NCBI GenBank assembly: GCA_949297125.1
Contig: CASFRS010000013.1
Coordinates: 822 to 64,821, forward strand
Direction: 5' to 3'
Source: an uncultured Bacteroidales bacterium
GTDB taxonomy: Bacteria > Bacteroidota > Bacteroidia > Bacteroidales > G3-4614
Length of the DNA stretch: 64,000 nt
Shown: piece after piece, positions 18,519 to 27,787 of the stretch
How the letters are laid out: each line of letters opens with the position of its first letter
How positions within the stretch are numbered: the first letter of the stretch is position 1
Made by a program: the position numbers and the translations under genes
Notes under the pieces: model-generated
The model's database searches: none
Told to the model about the DNA's origin: nothing
What the model saw: the letters and a program-made list of their open reading frames with translations, nothing else

Positions 18519-19088
18519 ATGGTTATTCACGACATTTCATCGGATTTGCTCAGGGCACGCCTTTATCCGGGGACTGTGCCGCCGCTATTAACGGCGGTTT
18601 CGGATATAGGAAAGGGCTCGCAATACAAGGTGTCTTCCCTGTGCGCCGACCTGCATACGGGTACACATATCGATGCTCCGCGGCACTGCATTCCTGACGG
18701 GAAGTGCATCGGGGAGCTTCCTCTTGACCGTTTTCTGGGCAAATGCATTGTAGTGGAACGCAACGGACACGACACACCCTTGCCTGCCCCCGACAATGGG
18801 ACAGGTATAGTACTGTTCAAGAATTGCCGGGAATTCCCGCTTACCGAAACGGAATGCCGCGATATTGTTGCGGCGGGGTTTGTTACGGTAGGATGCGATG
18901 ATATTACAATAGGTGCGGGAGAGTGGGAATACGCCGTTCACCGGACCCTGCTTGCGGCAGGTATTCCCGTTATTGAAGGGCTTTGCCTGAAGGGAATTGC
19001 CGGAGGGGTTTATTTCCTGTCGGCACTGCCCGTCAAAATTGGCACTGCCGAAGCGTCATTCTGCCGGGCCGTACTTGTGGAGCTTTAA
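18519..19088 (+). CDS. cyclase-family protein (kynurenine formamidase-like)
   Basis: ATG at 18519 (MVIHDISS…). Carries the HTGTHIDAPRH metal-binding signature of the cyclase/arylformamidase family. Confidence 0.75.
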   Translation: MVIHDISSDLLRARLYPGTVPPLLTAVSDIGKGSQYKVSSLCADLHTGTHIDAPRHCIPDGKCIGELPLDRFLGKCIVVERNGHDTPLPAPDNGTGIVLFKNCREFPLTETECRDIVAAGFVTVGCDDITIGAGEWEYAVHRTLLAAGIPVIEGLCLKGIAGGVYFLSALPVKIGTAEASFCRAVLVEL

Positions 19089-19151
19089 CACTGCGGCGCA
19101 ACGGCCCCGCCATTGTACCGGGCCGTAAGCGTCCATGTCCCCTCCCTATAT

Positions 19152-19200
19152 AAAAGAAAGACTCCGCGACAGGCGGTTACAATGCCCTTTGTCGCGGAGT
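19152..19200 (-). terminator. terminator of the 2-oxoacid:ferredoxin oxidoreductase operon
   Basis: ACTCCGCGAC…GTCGCGGAGT, a 10-bp stem. On the minus strand it is followed by tctttctttt. Confidence 0.65.
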
Positions 19201-19233
19201 TATGTTCTCAGAGACCCTGCCTGCAGGCCGGAA

Positions 19234-19785
19234 TCATTCTTCTTTCCTTATTATCTCCATTCCCGTAAGGATGGCTTTTTCGTTTGCAGGAAGGAGTTTG
19301 TGCAACCTTTCGGGCAATGACTCCTTCAAACTGTGCATGACGCTTTCTATCTTTACTACCGGACAGACTTTAAGGATTCCGCCGAGCACCAGCATGTTGA
19401 ACACTTTCGAGTTACCGCTTTCCACGGCTGCATCCATGGCGTCTATACGGTATATCCCCACATCCTTGCGCGTGGGCGGGCGGTGTATTCCGTAACCGTC
19501 GTATATTATTATCCCGCCGGGCTTTACCTGGCTCTCGAAGCGTTCGAGCGACGGCTGGTTGAGAATTACGACTACATCGTATGTATTGAGCACGGGCGAA
19601 CTGATGCGGTCATCGCTGAGTATTACCGTTACGTTTGCCGTCCCGCCCCTCTGTTCGGGCCCGTAGGAGGGCATCCACGTTACTTCCTTGCCTTCTATCA
19701 GCCCGGCATGCGCCAGTATTTTTCCAAGGGAGAGAATCCCCTGCCCGCCGAATCCTGCAACTATTATCTCTTTTTCCATTTTCAT
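19234..19785 (-). CDS. 2-oxoacid:ferredoxin oxidoreductase gamma subunit
   Basis: 183 aa, MKMEKEIIVAGFGGQGILSLGKILA… (GxGGQG motif of POR/KOR gamma). Confidence 0.88.
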   Translation of the reverse strand: MKMEKEIIVAGFGGQGILSLGKILAHAGLIEGKEVTWMPSYGPEQRGGTANVTVILSDDRISSPVLNTYDVVVILNQPSLERFESQVKPGGIIIYDGYGIHRPPTRKDVGIYRIDAMDAAVESGNSKVFNMLVLGGILKVCPVVKIESVMHSLKESLPERLHKLLPANEKAILTGMEIIRKEE

Positions 19786-20543
19786 TCGTTTTTTATATCC
19801 CCGAGCGGGTACTTCTTAAACATGTTCTCCACCATCCATTTGTTGGCTTCATCGGGAGTCATTTTCCAGCCGGCGTTACACGTGGAGACTATCTCTACGA
19901 GCGATGTGCCGCGTTTTGCCATGGCGTTCTCTATTGCATGCTTCAATGCAGCCTTGGTCTTCTTTATGGCGGCGGCATTGTGCACGCTCTGACGGGTTAT
20001 GTAGCGCGTCCCGTCGAGCTGCGCCAGGATATCGGATATTTTCAGGGGAAACCCGTTGAGTTCGGGGGTTCGCCCGTAAGGACAGGTGGATGTTTTCATC
20101 CCCAACAGCGTGGTGGGCGCCATCTGCCCCCCAGTCATTCCGTATATGGCGTTGTTTATGAATATGATTACTATATTCTCGCCGCGGTTGCATGCGTGAA
20201 TGGTCTCGGCCGTCCCTATGGCCGCCAAATCGCCGTCGCCCTGGTACGTGAAAACGAACTTGTCGGGGTTAAGGCGTTTTATGGCTGTCGCCACTGCCGG
20301 AGCGCGCCCGTGCGCCGCTTCTATCCAGTCTATATCGAGATAGTTGTACGCAAATACCGCACACCCTACGGGGGCTATGCCTATGGTTTTCTCTTCCAGA
20401 CCCATTTCGTCTACCAGTTCGGCCACCAGTTTGTGCACCACCCCGTGGCTGCATCCGGGGCAGTAGTGCATGGGGTTGTCGTTCATCAACCGGGGTTTGC
20501 TGTAAACGATATTCTCGGGTTTTATTATATCTTCGACATTCAT
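19782..20543 (-). CDS. 2-oxoacid:ferredoxin oxidoreductase beta subunit (ThDP-binding)
   Basis: 253 aa with CPGCSHG and GDGDLAAIG ThDP motifs. 4-nt overlaps with both neighbours. Confidence 0.9.
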   Translation of the reverse strand: MNVEDIIKPENIVYSKPRLMNDNPMHYCPGCSHGVVHKLVAELVDEMGLEEKTIGIAPVGCAVFAYNYLDIDWIEAAHGRAPAVATAIKRLNPDKFVFTYQGDGDLAAIGTAETIHACNRGENIVIIFINNAIYGMTGGQMAPTTLLGMKTSTCPYGRTPELNGFPLKISDILAQLDGTRYITRQSVHNAAAIKKTKAALKHAIENAMAKRGTSLVEIVSTCNAGWKMTPDEANKWMVENMFKKYPLGDIKNE

Positions 20544-21622
20544 TTTACCAACTCTTTTTTTATTACGTCCAATACTTCATCGGGTGTGGGGACTATTCCT
20601 CCCAAACGGCCGTAGAATTTTACGTCTATCGCTCCGTTTACCGCCAGACGTATGTCTTCGACCATTTGTCCGGCATTAAGTTCGACGGATATCATCCCTT
20701 TCGCCTTATGCGCATACTCGGCTATCACCTTGCTCGGGAACGGCCACAACGTTATGGGCCGGATCAATCCCACCTTTATTCCTTCGGCACGCGCCATTTG
20801 CATCGTTTTCAGACAAATGCGGGCAATAGAGCCGAACGCCACTATTATGTAGTCGGCATCGTCGCACCCTACCGTTTCGTACCGGACCTCATTCTTTTCT
20901 ATCTCGCGGTATTTCGCCTGGAAACGAAGATTGTTGTCTTCCATTACGGAAGGCGACAGTTCGAGCGAAGTGAGGATATTGGGTTTGCGCCCTTTGGGTT
21001 TGCCCTGCAACGCCCACGGGCACTGCCGGCGTATCTGCTCTTCCGTCCTGCGGGGGCGGAACGGCGGCAACACCACTTTTTCCATCATCTGCCCGATTAT
21101 TCCGTCGGCGAGTATTATGGCCGGATTACGGTACTTGAAAGCAAGGTCCATTCCGAGACCTACGAAATCGGCCATTTCCTGAACGGACGACGGGGCAAGG
21201 GCTATCAGTTTATAGTCGCCGTGCCCGCCGCCTTTTACCGCCTGGAAATAATCGGCCTGCGAAGGTTGTATGGTCCCCAGCCCGGGACCGCCGCGCATTA
21301 CGTTTACTATAAGCGCCGGCAGTTCAGTACCGGCAAGGTAGGATATGCCTTCCTGTTTAAGGCTTACTCCAGGACTGGAAGAGGAGGTCATTACGGCCTT
21401 GCCCGACCCGGCGCCCCCGTACACCATGTTTATTGCCGCTACTTCGCTTTCGGCCTGCAAAACCACCATGCCTGTAGTTTCCCACGGCTTGAGCATCATG
21501 AATGTTTCCATTATCTCCGACTGGGGAGTTATAGGGTAACCGAAGTATCCGTCAAATCCGTACCGGATTGCGGCATGCGCTATGGCTTCGTTCCCCTTAA
21601 GCAATTTTATCTCTTCTGACAT
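20540..21622 (-). CDS. 2-oxoacid:ferredoxin oxidoreductase alpha subunit (VorB/KorA-like)
   Basis: 360 aa, MSEEIKLLKGNEAIAHAAIRYGFDGYFGYPITPQSEI…. Confidence 0.9.
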   Translation of the reverse strand: MSEEIKLLKGNEAIAHAAIRYGFDGYFGYPITPQSEIMETFMMLKPWETTGMVVLQAESEVAAINMVYGGAGSGKAVMTSSSSPGVSLKQEGISYLAGTELPALIVNVMRGGPGLGTIQPSQADYFQAVKGGGHGDYKLIALAPSSVQEMADFVGLGMDLAFKYRNPAIILADGIIGQMMEKVVLPPFRPRRTEEQIRRQCPWALQGKPKGRKPNILTSLELSPSVMEDNNLRFQAKYREIEKNEVRYETVGCDDADYIIVAFGSIARICLKTMQMARAEGIKVGLIRPITLWPFPSKVIAEYAHKAKGMISVELNAGQMVEDIRLAVNGAIDVKFYGRLGGIVPTPDEVLDVIKKELVK

Positions 21623-21644
21623 AAACTGTTCTTTTGTACGGAAT

Positions 21645-21872
21645 TCAAATCTTTACTTTATAGACGGTTATACATCCGTCGGGGCATACATACCCGCAAC
21701 TGGCGCACCCTATACACTTGTCGGGATTGGCCATGTATGCGTAATGATACCCCTTGTCGTTCACTTCTTTTGCCTGTAGTGCGAGGACTTCTGCAGGGCA
21801 GGCCACAACACAGAGGTTGCACCCTTTGCAGCGTTCGTTGTCCACTACCACGGCTCCTGATATTTTAGCCAT
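21645..21872 (-). CDS. 4Fe-4S dicluster ferredoxin (delta subunit)
   Basis: ATG at 21872 (MAKISGAVVVDNERCKGCNLCVVACP…CIGCASCGYVCP). Two CxxCxxCxxxCP motifs. Confidence 0.88.
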   Translation of the reverse strand: MAKISGAVVVDNERCKGCNLCVVACPAEVLALQAKEVNDKGYHYAYMANPDKCIGCASCGYVCPDGCITVYKVKI

Positions 21873-21897
21873 CGTGTGTACCTGTTTTTTATCGCGG

Positions 21898-21905
21898 CAA
21901 AGGTA
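21898..21905 (-). promoter_or_regulatory. -7 box TACCTTTG for the oxidoreductase operon
   Basis: rc of caaaggta, 26 nt upstream of ATG 21872. This supports the shorter start. Confidence 0.55.
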
Positions 21906-22071
21906 TAACAAAGGTTGCTAAGGACAAAATTTATTTCGCTTTGCCGGTTACCGTTTTTGTTATCTGCGGTTTTGCGTAGCGGTTTGTCGCGCAAGGGATT
22001 CTACAGGTTTGCCCGATGCCGGTTGCCGGAAGACATGTCCGCTCCTTTCCGGCGCGTATACACGCGCATAA

Positions 22072-22121
22072 TGACAGAAAACAGAAGCCGCGCCTCTTTC
22101 TTCAGGCACGGCTTCTGTTTT
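22072..22121 (-). terminator. rho-independent terminator after the DUF975-like gene
   Basis: AAAACAGAAGCCG…CGGCTTCTGTTTT, a perfect 13-bp stem. The minus strand continues ttttctgtc. Confidence 0.7.
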
Positions 22122-22145
22122 CCCGGCTTGTCGGCCCTCCAGCCG

Positions 22146-22793
22146 TCATTCCTTCACGGTATCTGCATTTTCGGGTGTTTCGGGTTCGGACGGGACATCC
22201 TCTGCCATAAGATTACGGTATACTACCGCCATGCAGGAAAGGGAGTACACCGTAACCGCAATGACTGCTATCAACATCATTATAAATATCATTCCGAACG
22301 ATTCGGCAACCGATGTGAAAATCATCTGCAATATCATCAAAAGCACGAACAAGGATATGTTTATTGCGAACAATACCCATTTGTATCCGCTTGTGGCGTT
22401 GTTGCTGCGGACCAATGCCTCTCCCGGCGCCACCCCTTTGTCGACCAGTATATAATATGCGAGGGACCACCCGAGGAGTATTATTATGGCCGGAACTATG
22501 AGAAATGCTAACGCCGGCAGGACCGAAAGGGATATCAACCCCGTAAGGGTGAAATACTCGCCCATGTACTTGCGGTATTTTTCATCGAATATGTAAAGCG
22601 GGGAGATTACCTTGCCTTTACTCAGTTCTATCGGCATGGTCTGCAATGCTATCGTGGTCCCCACGTTTATATACGGGACCCATATTGTCAAGAGCCACAA
22701 CACCACGGCCCCGGCCATGGACAATACATTTTTTACCGCTATCGTCGCCCCTTCGGACATGACGCCCACATACGTAATTTTTTTCGCTGCCAT
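22146..22793 (-). CDS. hypothetical integral membrane protein (DUF975-like pattern)
   Basis: 215 aa with about 4-5 TM segments. YYILVDKGVAPGEALVRSNNATSG resembles the DUF975 loop. Acidic C-terminal tail. It lies 118 bp downstream of the secreted-protein cluster on the same strand. Confidence 0.5.
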   Translation of the reverse strand: MAAKKITYVGVMSEGATIAVKNVLSMAGAVVLWLLTIWVPYINVGTTIALQTMPIELSKGKVISPLYIFDEKYRKYMGEYFTLTGLISLSVLPALAFLIVPAIIILLGWSLAYYILVDKGVAPGEALVRSNNATSGYKWVLFAINISLFVLLMILQMIFTSVAESFGMIFIMMLIAVIAVTVYSLSCMAVVYRNLMAEDVPSEPETPENADTVKE

Positions 22794-22911
22794 ACTTCTG
22801 TTTGCTTTTTATCGGTTTTATTCTGTTTAATGATAGTCAAATGATAGTTATCTGAGGCTACACCTGTTCCGCACTGCCGTTTTAAGGCAAAACAGGCGCC
22901 CAGTTCCCGAA

Positions 22912-23556
22912 TCAATACGGCAATATCGCATCGAGATCCTTCAGGTTCTGCGACGATTTCTCCTTCAGCGATTTCTTTATCTCCTCTTTTGCCTGACTCA
23001 GGGCCTTTTCCCGCGATATGGCCATTACCACGCGCACTTCGGTCTTGCCTTTGCCCAAATCGCGGAAAATCTCCAGCAGATACTCCGTGCCTTTCAGCTG
23101 CATCGTAGACACGCTCTTTGCCGCGCTGGCCACCTCGTAAAGGGCCTCGGCCTGATTGCCGCCCATATCCATGTTGGAAAGTTCCTGCGTCATTTTGGAT
23201 GCGAGCATATCGCTCAGGCTGCGGCATATCTCCAGTTTCGCGTTATTGTCGGCCATCTGCTTGGCTATCGTATAGTTGCCGCCAACCACGCTGGCGCTTC
23301 CCGTTATGAAATAGCTCTCCCCGTCGTCGGTTTTGCGCAGCTGCGCTATCTGGGACTGCTCAAGCTGTTTTTCCAACGGAAGTTTTCCCGGCATTATCTG
23401 CCACCCGTCGCCTTCCAGTTTCTTTGCTTCCTTGCGTATTTCCTTACTGGTTTTGGCCGACAATTCCTTTTTAAGGGCGCTGTTGTCTGCAACGGCCACG
23501 CCGGCCGCAGATACCAACAGGAATATCGCCGTCAATGATAACAATAGCTTTTTCAT
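22912..23556 (-). CDS. secreted hypothetical protein, LPP20/FlgP-like pattern (cluster gene E)
   Basis: 214 aa with SPI signal MKKLLLSLTAIFLLVSAAGVAVA|D. YFITGSASVVGGNYTIAKQMADNNAKLEICRSLSDMLASKM fits the LPP20-family core. K/E-rich ends. Confidence 0.55.
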   Translation of the reverse strand: MKKLLLSLTAIFLLVSAAGVAVADNSALKKELSAKTSKEIRKEAKKLEGDGWQIMPGKLPLEKQLEQSQIAQLRKTDDGESYFITGSASVVGGNYTIAKQMADNNAKLEICRSLSDMLASKMTQELSNMDMGGNQAEALYEVASAAKSVSTMQLKGTEYLLEIFRDLGKGKTEVRVVMAISREKALSQAKEEIKKSLKEKSSQNLKDLDAILPY

Positions 23557-23583
23557 GGTTTAATCGTATTTGCAGTTTTTATT

Positions 23584-24906
23584 TTATTCTTCGTCTTCGT
23601 TTATTATCTCGGTTTTCCTTACCATTATCTTGTAAGGAAGAACGATATTTATGTCCTGCTCTTCTCCGTTACGCTCCACAACAGCTTTTCCCTGCAATAT
23701 GTCGAGTGTGTTGTAGCGTACGTCCGCCCCTATTATGGGAGCTTCGGTGCTGCACTGCAACGTGTACTGCCCGTCGCTGCCGACCTCCTCGTCCACGGCG
23801 TCTATTATCAAGGGCGCCTTTAATGCCGGCACCTTGAGTTCGAGCCTTTTTACCGTATACGGCGCGAACCCTTCGGCCTGGAATGTAATGGATACGGTTA
23901 TGTCGCTTATGGTATTCTCTTCGTCAAGCATTCCGGTTATATATACGTCGCCCTTGGCCCGCAGCGAATCGCTGCGCCGCGGCACTGTAAATGTTATGTT
24001 GCGCTCCAGCCGTTTTCCCGGGAGATTCCACATCAGCATTATCTCGTTGTACGAACCTTTGGGGCACGCATCGTAGGCATACGTGAGCAGGGCGGTATTG
24101 CCCGATGCCGAGTACGAGAGTTCCGTAGCCGTCTGCGAGCGCATTACCGGAACGGCACGCAACATTATCTGCCTGCCGCCCAGATAGAACTTGAATTCAG
24201 CATAACCCAACCCCTGTTCTTCAACCTCAACGTTTATCTGCGTGTAGAGCGCCATGTAATTTTTCTGCAACGCCTCTACCTGATTGCGCCGGTGCGTATC
24301 GAAGAAATAGCTCTTTATTCCGTTGAGGGCATTTACGGCACTCTCTATCTGCTCATATTCGCTTATATCGTCGTAGCCGGCCTTGCACTCCTTGTAGACC
24401 TGCCACATTTCGGCATCGCGCTTCTCGAATTCCGCCACAAGCCCGTCCAGCTCGCTCTTCGGGAAAGCATACTTAACCGAAAGTACGAAATAACGCTCCT
24501 TGGTGCTTTTGTCGTAACGCTCCTCCCAGTATGAATCGATAGCCTTGGCAAGCGTTACCCCTTTTATATACGGGATGTTGGCCGACTGTTTGCGCAACTC
24601 GCTGTTGAACTGGGTGCGGAAATCAATCATCTCGTTCTGCGTGTACTGCGTGGATATTTCGCTGCTGGAGAACTCGATATTCTGCGATATGGCATCGAGC
24701 ATCTGCAGACGGATGTTGTCCAGGCATTTCTGCCGGGCTTCTTCCATGGTGGGGGCTTTGGACGAAACTATTATCATCTGCTGCTCTGTCCCGTTTATCC
24801 ACGAAGGCTCGCTCGATGCGCTGCGGTTCACCACCTTTACCTTGGCCGCCGCCGGGAACGCTATGCCCGCGGACAAGAGCAACAGTATTATTATTCGGGC
24901 TTTCAT
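23584..24906 (-). CDS. secreted hypothetical protein, N-terminal LPP20-like module plus beta-rich C-terminal half (cluster gene D)
   Basis: 440 aa with signal MKARIIILLLLSAGIAFPAAA|K. Contains EPSWING…EEARQKCLDNIRLQMLDAISQNI…YWEERY…YFVLSVKY. The C-terminal ~220 aa are beta-strand-like. Acidic tail EDEE. Confidence 0.55.
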   Translation of the reverse strand: MKARIIILLLLSAGIAFPAAAKVKVVNRSASSEPSWINGTEQQMIIVSSKAPTMEEARQKCLDNIRLQMLDAISQNIEFSSSEISTQYTQNEMIDFRTQFNSELRKQSANIPYIKGVTLAKAIDSYWEERYDKSTKERYFVLSVKYAFPKSELDGLVAEFEKRDAEMWQVYKECKAGYDDISEYEQIESAVNALNGIKSYFFDTHRRNQVEALQKNYMALYTQINVEVEEQGLGYAEFKFYLGGRQIMLRAVPVMRSQTATELSYSASGNTALLTYAYDACPKGSYNEIMLMWNLPGKRLERNITFTVPRRSDSLRAKGDVYITGMLDEENTISDITVSITFQAEGFAPYTVKRLELKVPALKAPLIIDAVDEEVGSDGQYTLQCSTEAPIIGADVRYNTLDILQGKAVVERNGEEQDINIVLPYKIMVRKTEIINEDEE

Positions 24907-24913
24907 AGTCTGT

Positions 24914-25987
24914 TTATTTTAAGAATGTATTTGTAAACCAGGTCTTGAACTCCGTACCGCTTTTTTCGTCATCCATAGCCTGTTCTATTTTCAGGCGTGC
25001 CTGAACATCGGCATATTCTTTTGCCTCGCGCCCCGATATCGCCATTTTCATCAGTTCATGGGCTCTTTCCTTGTCCCGCTCCTGCGCTTCGTATTCCATT
25101 GCCAGCTTCTGCATTTCCGCTTCACGCTCCTCTTTTGCGGCGGCTTTCGCCGCTTCTATTTCACGAATCCGTTCCTCGGCGGCCGCCTTTTCCGCTTCGT
25201 CAATTTTCGTGCGTATATCGGCAATCATCTGCCACGCCTCATCGTAGCGGCTGCACATGGGGTCGATTGTCGCAAGGGTGTCTATTGCGGGGATATACGA
25301 CTTCTTGACAACTAACGCCTTGGCGTTGTTTATCTTGATATCGGCATCCCTGTCGAGCACCTTGGCATACGCCTTGCCCATCAGTTCCGATACCGTAAGA
25401 TAACCGTCCACGCACTCGGGTATGATACTGAGCGTTACCAGGGCATCGTCGTACTCCAACGCCGTCATCTGCCTCTCGGCTTTTGCCAGTACCTGCGGCA
25501 TTATCCTTTCGTAATACTCTATTACCCTCTGCTGGGACTCCGCAATAAACCGGGCTATCTGGGGATTGCTGCCGCGTATGGAATTTATCATTACCCGATA
25601 ACAGTCCTGTTCGCTCTTCCCGCTCCCTTCAAGCGGGAGCACTACCGTTGCGAAAGTGTTGTCATCCATAAGATTCCGGGAAAAGAGCGACAACTCGCCC
25701 CTTACAACATACACGTTGCGCATTCCGGTATTCACGACATCGGAGGTTGTGGTTACAAACTCGGGCCATATTACGAACAGCTGGCTTTGCGCCGTGTTCG
25801 CCCCGGCATTGTTGTACGCCACCGCCTGTTCAATCTTAAGGGTCAGCCTCTTCTGGTTGTCGGCATTCAGAGGGGTCTCGCCTTGAAGCCCCAAAGCCCT
25901 GAACGATATGTTCTCTTTCTCGGTTGCCTGCACCGATACGGCGGCAAATGCCGCCAGCAGCAGGGTTGTCAGTCTCCGTGTTTTCAT
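24914..25987 (-). CDS. secreted hypothetical protein with C-terminal E/A/K coiled coil (cluster gene C)
   Basis: 357 aa with signal MKTRRLTTLLLAAFAAVSVQA|T. Residues ~255-335 read DEAEKAAAEERIREIEAAKAAAKEEREAEMQKLAMEYEAQERDKERAHEL…. Confidence 0.55.
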   Translation of the reverse strand: MKTRRLTTLLLAAFAAVSVQATEKENISFRALGLQGETPLNADNQKRLTLKIEQAVAYNNAGANTAQSQLFVIWPEFVTTTSDVVNTGMRNVYVVRGELSLFSRNLMDDNTFATVVLPLEGSGKSEQDCYRVMINSIRGSNPQIARFIAESQQRVIEYYERIMPQVLAKAERQMTALEYDDALVTLSIIPECVDGYLTVSELMGKAYAKVLDRDADIKINNAKALVVKKSYIPAIDTLATIDPMCSRYDEAWQMIADIRTKIDEAEKAAAEERIREIEAAKAAAKEEREAEMQKLAMEYEAQERDKERAHELMKMAISGREAKEYADVQARLKIEQAMDDEKSGTEFKTWFTNTFLK

Positions 25988-26000
25988 AATATCAGAGTCT

Positions 26001-27251
26001 TTACTGTATTGTCAATTCTATTGTGTTGCCTGTTATTGTACGTTTTACCACCAGGTTCAGCCCGCGCAGGAAACGGTACAATGCAAGCGAAAAATCGTTT
26101 ATGTCGCTGTTGTCGGTATTCTTTATCTGTATCTCATCGAGCGACAGAAGCGTTTCGCTGCGCCCTTGCTGGTGATATTTGCCGTCCTTTGCATTCTCTT
26201 TTACCCAACCTATTATGGCGTCGGACAACGGGGTGTAATCCGTTCCCACTTCCATATCGAAGTTGACGTTGCTCATCGGGTCGATACTGAACTGTATGGC
26301 TATTGTATTGCCTTTGCTTATGCGGTTTGCCATGGAGATCTGTATCTGTTTCAGGAAATCGTCGACCATGGTCTGTATCATGGCTGCCGCTATTACTTCC
26401 ACGGTTGCCTTTTTGCGTCCGGAGACTTCGGATTTCGATGCGATGTTCCTTCCGCTGGCCGCCTCGATAGCCCTGAGCGAAAGCGTTACGCGGTTACCCA
26501 ACTGCTCGTTGCCGTCGTTGCTTATATCGAGGTAGACCGCTACATCCGCCCCGGAATTTATCACAAGGTTGTTTACGAAATCCAGATCGCCTTTCATCGC
26601 CATATAGCGGTCGGCATTCCGCAACATCTGCTCCAGGTCTTTTGTCTCTACGCCTTTTTCTATGAACGCCTCGTTCATCCTGGATATGGCCAGGCGCATA
26701 TACGGATTGGACTCTATTATCTCCTGCGGCATGGTTGAATTATCGCTGTACGGCAGCACCATTATCGACGGGAAGGCTATTGTCTCGGCAACTTCGACAA
26801 ACCCGGTAGGGTGTATTATCTTACTGTTTACAAGATCCTTGTATATCGACTCTATATAAAGTTCAAGGGTTATATACACCTGAAACTGCTTGCCTACCTT
26901 GCGCGTTGCATCGCCATCGACGGTATACCCTTTTACAAACACGTTGTACCTGCCGCTCTCAAGCATATTGTTCATATACGATATTGCCTGCGATGTGGGC
27001 TTTGTGCCAAGCAGCGGCAGACCGCGGTTGAGGCCGTCTATCCCGCTCAGAAGATATGTGTATATGGCCGACTTTACCGCCATTGCCTCGGCATTTTTCT
27101 TCTTGCCGTCAATTCCGGAACACTTCAGTACGGCCACCTTGTCATCCTTGTTTTCAACGAGCATCGCATCGCTGCTGTATCCCTGCGCCCTCAATGCGGC
27201 TACAGGCATCAACATCAAGGCTGCTATTACTGTCATCAACTTCTTTTTCAT
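26001..27251 (-). CDS. secreted hypothetical protein with two alpha/beta modules (cluster gene B; possibly DUF6175-like)
   Basis: 416 aa with signal MKKKLMTVIAALMLMPVAALRA|Q. The central module FPSIMVLPY…RLAISRMNEAFIEKGVETKDLEQ…GADVAVYLDIS…VTLSLRAIEAASGRNIAS has the LpoB/CsgG-like pattern. Confidence 0.5.
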   Translation of the reverse strand: MKKKLMTVIAALMLMPVAALRAQGYSSDAMLVENKDDKVAVLKCSGIDGKKKNAEAMAVKSAIYTYLLSGIDGLNRGLPLLGTKPTSQAISYMNNMLESGRYNVFVKGYTVDGDATRKVGKQFQVYITLELYIESIYKDLVNSKIIHPTGFVEVAETIAFPSIMVLPYSDNSTMPQEIIESNPYMRLAISRMNEAFIEKGVETKDLEQMLRNADRYMAMKGDLDFVNNLVINSGADVAVYLDISNDGNEQLGNRVTLSLRAIEAASGRNIASKSEVSGRKKATVEVIAAAMIQTMVDDFLKQIQISMANRISKGNTIAIQFSIDPMSNVNFDMEVGTDYTPLSDAIIGWVKENAKDGKYHQQGRSETLLSLDEIQIKNTDNSDINDFSLALYRFLRGLNLVVKRTITGNTIELTIQ

Positions 27252-27746
27252 ATTTTTTCCGATTTCTTGATTATACTACTTTCCTGCTGGTCCTTATTTT
27301 ATACCCTTCCTTGCTGTTATAGAGGGATTGTTCGACGTATTTTCTATCACTCCGGTATTTCACACTCGGCGAGAAGCGTTTCTCAGGCAACCGCTTCCGG
27401 CTGCATACGACCTGTTTTTCCTCTGGCTACAGAATTTGTTTTCTTAGTATTCCAATAGGCCCGGGCTCTTTCTGTCCCTTACCCGCCCTATACGCAAAAT
27501 AAAGTCATATTTTCCATATATGCAAATATTTTATAACCTATTTGAAGTAATGCTATCGGTACGCGACCGTCCAAAAAGGGCCGTGCCGTTTCCTGACGAT
27601 GCAGCCGTTTGGCGTATTCCGTTATGCGGGGGTGTACTCCTTGCCGTTTCTTCCGTTTTTACCGGATGATTCCGCGTCCTGATACAGGAGAGTACAAAAA
27701 AAGAGTGTCGGGTCCCTTTGCCGCACGCCGCCGCCGTATATGCAAA

Positions 27747-27787
27747 CAGGAAGCCGCGCCCCTCTGGTGTATGGCCGTGGCTTCCTG
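27747..27787 (-). terminator. hairpin 25 nt downstream of cluster gene A (possible partial terminator)
   Basis: CAGGAAGCCGCG…CGTGGCTTCCTG, a 12-bp stem with one G-U pair. On the minus strand it is followed only by a weak T-tract (tttgcatata). Confidence 0.45.
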
